Virus record (IMG/VR): IMGVR_UViG_3300042387_000948 | Location: 124,001-188,000 of that record | Length of the DNA: 64,000 bases | Strand: one strand, 5' to 3' | Shown: one piece after another, positions 59,288-64,000 of the stretch | Numbering within the stretch: position 1 is the first letter of the stretch | How the letters are laid out: each line of letters opens with the position of its first letter | Program-made: the position numbers and the translations under genes | Notes under the pieces: generated by a model | Seen by the model: the letters and a program-made list of their open reading frames with translations, nothing else | Database searches by the model: none | What the model was told of the DNA's origin: nothing

Positions 59288-62200
59288 TTAATTCATGTTT
59301 AATCCGGTCACAAATCCATAATAAGATGAGCCCCCATCAAATGTGTAAAATACTAATATATCCTCACCAGATGAAGTTAAAATTGGAGGTGTACCACCTA
59401 CCCAATTTACACCACTCCAAGCTAATGAATGTGCTCCTGCGTTTACTGCTAATAATGTAAATCCAAATGCTTTTCCAGCAGGTGCATTTGAGAATGATAT
59501 TGAACCATTTCCAGTAAAAGTTCTCTTAAAGTTGTTAGCAGTTGATAAATCAATTGATGCACCACTACCACTTCCTAAATCAGAGAAAGTTTCTCTGAAA
59601 GTTGTTGATGTTGTAAATCCAGTTGTAGATAAACTAGTTGATAGATTTACACCATTTGTTGCAATTATGTTTAAAGATGTGGGTGAAGTCAAATTAGGAG
59701 TTCCACCGGTATAAATGTTAAATGCTGATGCGGATACGGGTCCAGTTGCTTGAATTGTACCAGTTACAGTTAATGTACTACCATCAAAAGTTAAATTACT
59801 TTCAACCCGTCCATTTGGTGCAGTACCATCTAATGTGATAACACCATTATCAGTAGTTCCTGTCAATGCTAAGAAACCACTTAAACCAGACGAACCAGAT
59901 GTTCCAGCTCCAGATGTACCCGATGTTCCAGAAGTTCCAGATGAACCAAAATTTGTTCCATCTAATCCAGATGAACCAGAAGTTCCAGATGTACCATTTG
60001 TACCTTCACCAGATGTTCCAGACGTTCCAGACGTTCCTGATGTACCACTACTACCAAATAAAGTTCCATCTAAACCAGATGTACCAGACGTTCCCGATGT
60101 ACCATCTGTTCCAGTTGAACCAGATGTACCAGACGTTCCTGATGTACCACTTGTACCAGACGAACCAAAGAATGTTCCATCTAAACCAGAAGTCCCAGAA
60201 GTTCCAGAAGTTCCAGATGTGCCATCTGTCCCAGATGTACCCGAAGTACCACTTGTTCCAGATGTTCCAGACGAACCAAAATATGTACCATCTAAACCAG
60301 ATGTGCCAGAAGTTCCAGATGTGCCAGAAGTTCCATCAGTAGCATCAATTCCAGATGTTCCAGATGTACCACTTGTTCCAGAAGTTCCAAAGAAAGTTCC
60401 GTCTTGTCCACTTGTACCAGATGTACCCGATGTACCAGAAGTTCCATTGGTAGCATCTAAACCAGATGTTCCAGATGTACCAGATGTACCATTTGTTCCA
60501 AAAAAAGTTCCATCTTGTCCACTTGTACCAGATGTACCACTCGTTCCGCTTGTACCATCGGTCCCAACACCAGATGAACCAGAAGTTCCGCTTGTACCAG
60601 ATGAACCAAAGAATGTACCATCTACACCACTTGTACCAGATGTACCACTTTCGCCACTTGTACCAGATGAACCGCTTTCTCCACTTGTACCAGATGAACC
60701 GCTTTCTCCACTTGTACCAGATGAGCCAAAGAATGTTCCATTTAAACCAGAAGTACCGCTTGTACCAGATATACCATCAGTACCACTAACACCAGATGAA
60801 CCAGAAGTACCGCTTTCTCCACTTGTACCAGATGAACCAAAGAATGTTCCATCTAAACCAGAAGTACCGCTTGTACCCGATGTACCAGAAGTTCCATCAG
60901 TCCCAGAAATACCGTTTGTACCACTTTCTCCACTTGTCCCACTTGTTCCAGATGAGCCAAACAATGTTCCATCTAAACCAGAAGTACCAGAAGTCCCAGA
61001 AGTTCCAGATGTACCATCGGTCCCAGATGTACCAGAAGTTCCATCAGTACCAGAAGTTCCATCAGTACCGCTAGTACCAGATGTACCACTTTCACCACTT
61101 GTTCCGCTTGTTCCAGATGTACCACTTGTGCCTGAAGTACCAGATGTACCACTTGTGCCTGAAGTACCAGATGAACCAAATAAAGTTCCATCTAATCCAC
61201 TTGTTCCAGATGTACCAGATGTTCCATCGGTACCCGAAGTACCAGAAGTTCCATCAATACCGCTTGTACCAGATGTACCTGATATACCTGAAGTACCGCT
61301 TGTACCCGAAGTACCAGATGTTCCATCAGTTCCAGAAGTTCCGCTTGTTCCAGAACTACCATCACTACCACTTGTACCAGATGTTCCGCTTGTACCAGAT
61401 GAACCTTCAGCCGATGTACCACTACTACCACTTGTACCAGATGTTCCATCACTACCACTTGTACCATTTGTACCACTTGTCCCACTTGTACCATCACTTC
61501 CAGAAGTTCCGCTTGTTCCGCTTGTTCCAGAAGTACCACTTGTACCTGATGTACCATCAGTTCCGCTTGTACCCGATGTACCATCAGTTCCGCTTGTACC
61601 CGATGTACCATCGATTCCCGAAGTTCCAGAAGTTCCGCTTGTACCAGATGAACCGCTTGTACCAGATGTACCATCAGTTCCGCTTGTACCAGATGTACCA
61701 TCCGTACCGCTTGTACCAGATGTACCGCTTGTACCAGATGTACCATCAGTCCCAACACCAGAAGTTCCAGATGAACCGGAAGTACCATCAGTTCCAGAAG
61801 TTCCACTTGTCCCATCTGTTCCAGAAGTACCGCTTGTACCAGATGTACCATCCGAACCAGTTGTACCACTACTTCCGCTTGTACCAGATGTACCATCAGT
61901 TCCGCTTGTACCAGAAGTACCGCTTGTACCAGATGTACCGCTTGTACCAGATGTACCATCCGAACCAGTTGTACCACTACTACCAGAAGTACCGCTTGTT
62001 CCATCGGTTCCTGAAGTACCAGAAGTACCGCTTGTACCGCTTGTACCAGATGTACCGCTTGTACCAGATGTACCGCTTGTACCAGAAGTACCGCTTGTAC
62101 CAGAAGTACCATTTAACCCAGAAGTTCCCGATGTACCACTTGTTCCGCTTGTTCCACTTATACCACTTGTTCCAGAAGTACCAGAAGTTCCAGAAGTACC

Positions 62201-64000
62201 ATTTGTACCAGAAGTACCAGAAGTACCAGAAGTACCAGATAAACCACCGGAACCAGATGTGCCCGATGTACCAGATGTGCCAGAAGTTCCATCAGAACCA
62301 TCAGCTCCATCACTACCAGATGTTCCACTTGTACCAGAAGTACCCCCACTACCTGCACTACCATCTATTCCATCCGAACCTTTTGCTCCAGATGTTCCGC
62401 TTGTTCCTGATGAACCAGACGTACCAGATGTTCCCGATGTACCATTTAATCCGTTTACACCAGAAGTACCCGAAGTACCAGAAGAACCAGATGTTCCACC
62501 ACTACCAGCAGTACCAGCAGTTCCATTTGTACCACTTGTACCGCTTGTTCCACTTGTACCACGTGTGCCACTACTTCCACTTGTTCCAGATGTTGCGGAT
62601 GTACCTGATGTTCCACTAGTACCAGATGTTCCGCTTGTACCAGCAGTTCCAGATGTTCCAGATGTTCCCCCACTTCCAGATGTACCAGAAGTTCCAGAAG
62701 TTCCAGATGTTCCAGATGTTCCATCCGAACCAGTTGTACCACTACTACCGCTTGTTCCAGAAGTACCGTCCGAACCAGTTGTACCACTACTACCGCTTGT
62801 TCCAGAAGTTCCAGAAGTTCCGCTTGTACCAGATGAACCACTTGAACCGCTACTACCAGATGAACCTGATGAACCACTTGTTCCAGATGTTCCAGATGTT
62901 CCAGATGTTCCCGAAGTACCATCAATTCCACTTGTTCCCGAAGTACCGCTTGTACCAGATGTTCCGCTTGTTCCAGAAGTACCATCCGTACCATTTGTAC
63001 CAGAAGTACCAGAAGTACCAGAAGTACCAGAAGTACCGGCTGCCTGCTGAACATCTCTTGTTTCTAATTTTTTAGTAGTAGGGTCCCAAGTTACAACCAA
63101 TTGAGAGGCTGATGATGTATAAAATTGTTGTATATATACACTACCAGTAATATCTAAACTACCAGTTATTACCAAACTACCACTAAATCTTTGATTACCT
63201 GAATTTAGTAAGAATGATGATGTATCTATACTTTGTGCATTTAATGCAAATTGTGCAATACTTGCAAATGATGAACTAAATACTGTCATCGATGCAGTTT
63301 GTGCATTTGTAATAAATCCTTCCGCAGATAATACCCCACCTAATACATGAGATGCGGTTAGTGCGTAAGATGCGGAAACTGCTAATGAAGCAGTACCAAC
63401 CAACATTGATGCGGTTTGTGCATTTTGTACAAAGTTAGCAGTATCAACATTTGATGCGTTTTGTGCAAATAATGCGTAAGAAGCAGTTCTAGCAAACGAT
63501 GCACTTAATACTGTCATCGATGCGGTTTGTGAATTTAACACAAATTCACCAGCATTTACCGATGCTGATATTAATGCTTCTAAAGATGCCGTATTTAATC
63601 CTATTACACTGCCAGCTATGGTTGCAAAATTAGCGTTTACCGCATGTGATGAGGAAAGTACCGTTCCAATTACTCTATCCGCCTGAATTGTACCATTTAT
63701 TAACGAACCACCACTACCAATTACGATATGTCCACTTGTCAATCCACTAAATGTTACTTGAACAGTGTTATTATCGATTGCTAAAATAGATGCAGGAAGA
63801 ATCATTTCATCTTGCGAACCAGTTCCATACACCTGTACCATTGGGTATCTAATATCCAAATTATGTACAATCGTTACCGAACTTGCGTTACTAAATGGTA
63901 CAGTCTCCGTTAATGAAGTTTCGGGTTGAGGAATATAGTATCCCCTATTCTCATCATATCTTAAAGTATTGTATTCCGCAGATGCTTCGATACCAGCTCC
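59288..64000 (-). CDS. Giant GTS-repeat fibre protein (>1570 aa; 5' end outside the window)
   Basis: Frame stays open from 64000 ([10 protein letters not shown]...VHNLDIRYP), so the track's start at 63859 is not the real start. About 1060 aa of Gly-X-Y; C-terminal IDLSTANNF...WVGGTPP...DILVF domain. Confidence 0.88.
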   Translation of the reverse strand, partial: GAGIEASAEYNTLRYDENRGYYIPQPETSLTETVPFSNASSVTIVHNLDIRYPMVQVYGTGSQDEMILPASILAIDNNTVQVTFSGLTSGHIVIGSGGSLINGTIQADRVIGTVLSSSHAVNANFATIAGSVIGLNTASLEALISASVNAGEFVLNSQTASMTVLSASFARTASYALFAQNASNVDTANFVQNAQTASMLVGTASLAVSASYALTASHVLGGVLSAEGFITNAQTASMTVFSSSFASIAQFALNAQSIDTSSFLLNSGNQRFSGSLVITGSLDITGSVYIQQFYTSSASQLVVTWDPTTKKLETRDVQQAAGTSGTSGTSGTSGTNGTDGTSGTSGTSGTSGTSGTSGIDGTSGTSGTSGTSGTSGSSGSSGSSGSSGSSGTSGTSGTSGTSGSSGTTGSDGTSGTSGSSGTTGSDGTSGTSGTSGTSGTSGSGGTSGTSGTAGTSGTSGTSGTSGTSATSGTSGSSGTRGTSGTSGTSGTNGTAGTAGSGGTSGSSGTSGTSGVNGLNGTSGTSGTSGSSGTSGTSGAKGSDGIDGSAGSGGTSGTSGTSGSDGADGSDGTSGTSGTSGTSGSGGLSGTSGTSGTSGTNGTSGTSGTSGTSGISGTSGTSGTSGTSGLNGTSGTSGTSGTSGTSGTSGTSGTSGTSGTSGTSGTDGTSGTSGSSGTTGSDGTSGTSGTSGTSGTSGTSGTDGTSGTSGSSGTTGSDGTSGTSGTSGTDGTSGTSGTDGTSGSSGTSGVGTDGTSGTSGTSGTSGTDGTSGTSGTDGTSGTSGSSGTSGTSGTSGIDGTSGTSGTDGTSGTSGTDGTSGTSGTSGTSGTSGTSGSDGTSGTSGTNGTSGSDGTSGTSGSSGTSAEGSSGTSGTSGTSGSDGSSGTSGTSGTDGTSGTSGTSGTSGISGTSGTSGIDGTSGTSGTDGTSGTSGTSGLDGTLFGSSGTSGTSGTSGTSGTSGTSGTSGTSGESGTSGTSGTDGTSGTDGTSGTSGTDGTSGTSGTSGTSGLDGTLFGSSGTSGTSGESGTNGISGTDGTSGTSGTSGTSGLDGTFFGSSGTSGESGTSGSSGVSGTDGISGTSGTSGLNGTFFGSSGTSGESGSSGTSGESGSSGTSGESGTSGTSGVDGTFFGSSGTSGTSGSSGVGTDGTSGTSGTSGTSGQDGTFFGTNGTSGTSGTSGLDATNGTSGTSGTSGTSGQDGTFFGTSGTSGTSGTSGIDATDGTSGTSGTSGTSGLDGTYFGSSGTSGTSGTSGTSGTDGTSGTSGTSGTSGLDGTFFGSSGTSGTSGTSGTSGSTGTDGTSGTSGTSGLDGTLFGSSGTSGTSGTSGTSGEGTNGTSGTSGSSGLDGTNFGSSGTSGTSGTSGAGTSGSSGLSGFLALTGTTDNGVITLDGTAPNGRVESNLTFDGSTLTVTGTIQATGPVSASAFNIYTGGTPNLTSPTSLNIIATNGVNLSTSLSTTGFTTSTTFRETFSDLGSGSGASIDLSTANNFKRTFTGNGSISFSNAPAGKAFGFTLLAVNAGAHSLAWSGVNWVGGTPPILTSSGEDILVFYTFDGGSSYYGFVTGLNMN
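59880..63050 (-). repeat. About 3.2 kb Gly-Thr-Ser codon repeat
   Basis: Degenerate 9-nt periodicity with synonymous variation. Confidence 0.95.

Noticed and set aside
59835-63075. Long plus-strand ORFs (1071-aa VPDVP..., 512-aa QMYQ...) and alternate-frame minus ORFs (VLLEQ...)
   Set aside because: Shadows of the GTS codon repeat, which lacks stops in other frames. They have no credible starts or promoters, and every other gene is on the minus strand.
1-64000. Stop-codon reassignment as in some large phages
   Set aside because: Conserved genes (polB, nrdAB, recA, sheath) are full length in code 11, and TAG and TGA both act as stops at gene ends.

Overview
64 kb from a large, AT-rich tailed phage (contractile tail, T4-like replisome). 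No cellular housekeeping context is visible. All credible genes lie on the minus strand and read intact in code 11. In window order: (1) a glycosyltransferase cluster with an embedded Gly-Thr-Ser repeat protein and a 2H phosphoesterase (1-6 kb); (2) a replication/nucleotide block with Cas4/RecB-like nuclease, clamp loader, dUTPase, DUF4338-like protein, clamp, family B polymerase, an extra GT-B, two Mom-like enzymes, thioredoxin, NrdAB, helicase, 5'-3' exonuclease, RecA and SSB (6-27 kb); (3) GH19 endolysin, probable internal-head proteins, PAP2, a signal-peptide nuclease, a family A polymerase-like gene and a complete tmRNA (27-35.5 kb); (4) baseplate, tape measure, chaperone with a candidate frameshift, tube and sheath (35.8-48 kb); (5) fibre genes, including two giant (G-T/S-S)n proteins (48-64 kb). 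About ten TTTGG-N19-TAnnTTTG promoters indicate a Bacteroidota host. A second motif (TATTTAT) precedes many, mostly structural, genes. Best candidates for new biology: a phage glycosylation system paired with Ser/Thr-saturated Gly-X-Y fibres; a Mom/GT/DUF262-like DNA-modification island next to the polymerase; a tmRNA with a 26-aa tag; and an Acb1-like enzyme with a possible capsid-targeting N-terminus. Family calls come from motif recognition by eye; no database searches were run.
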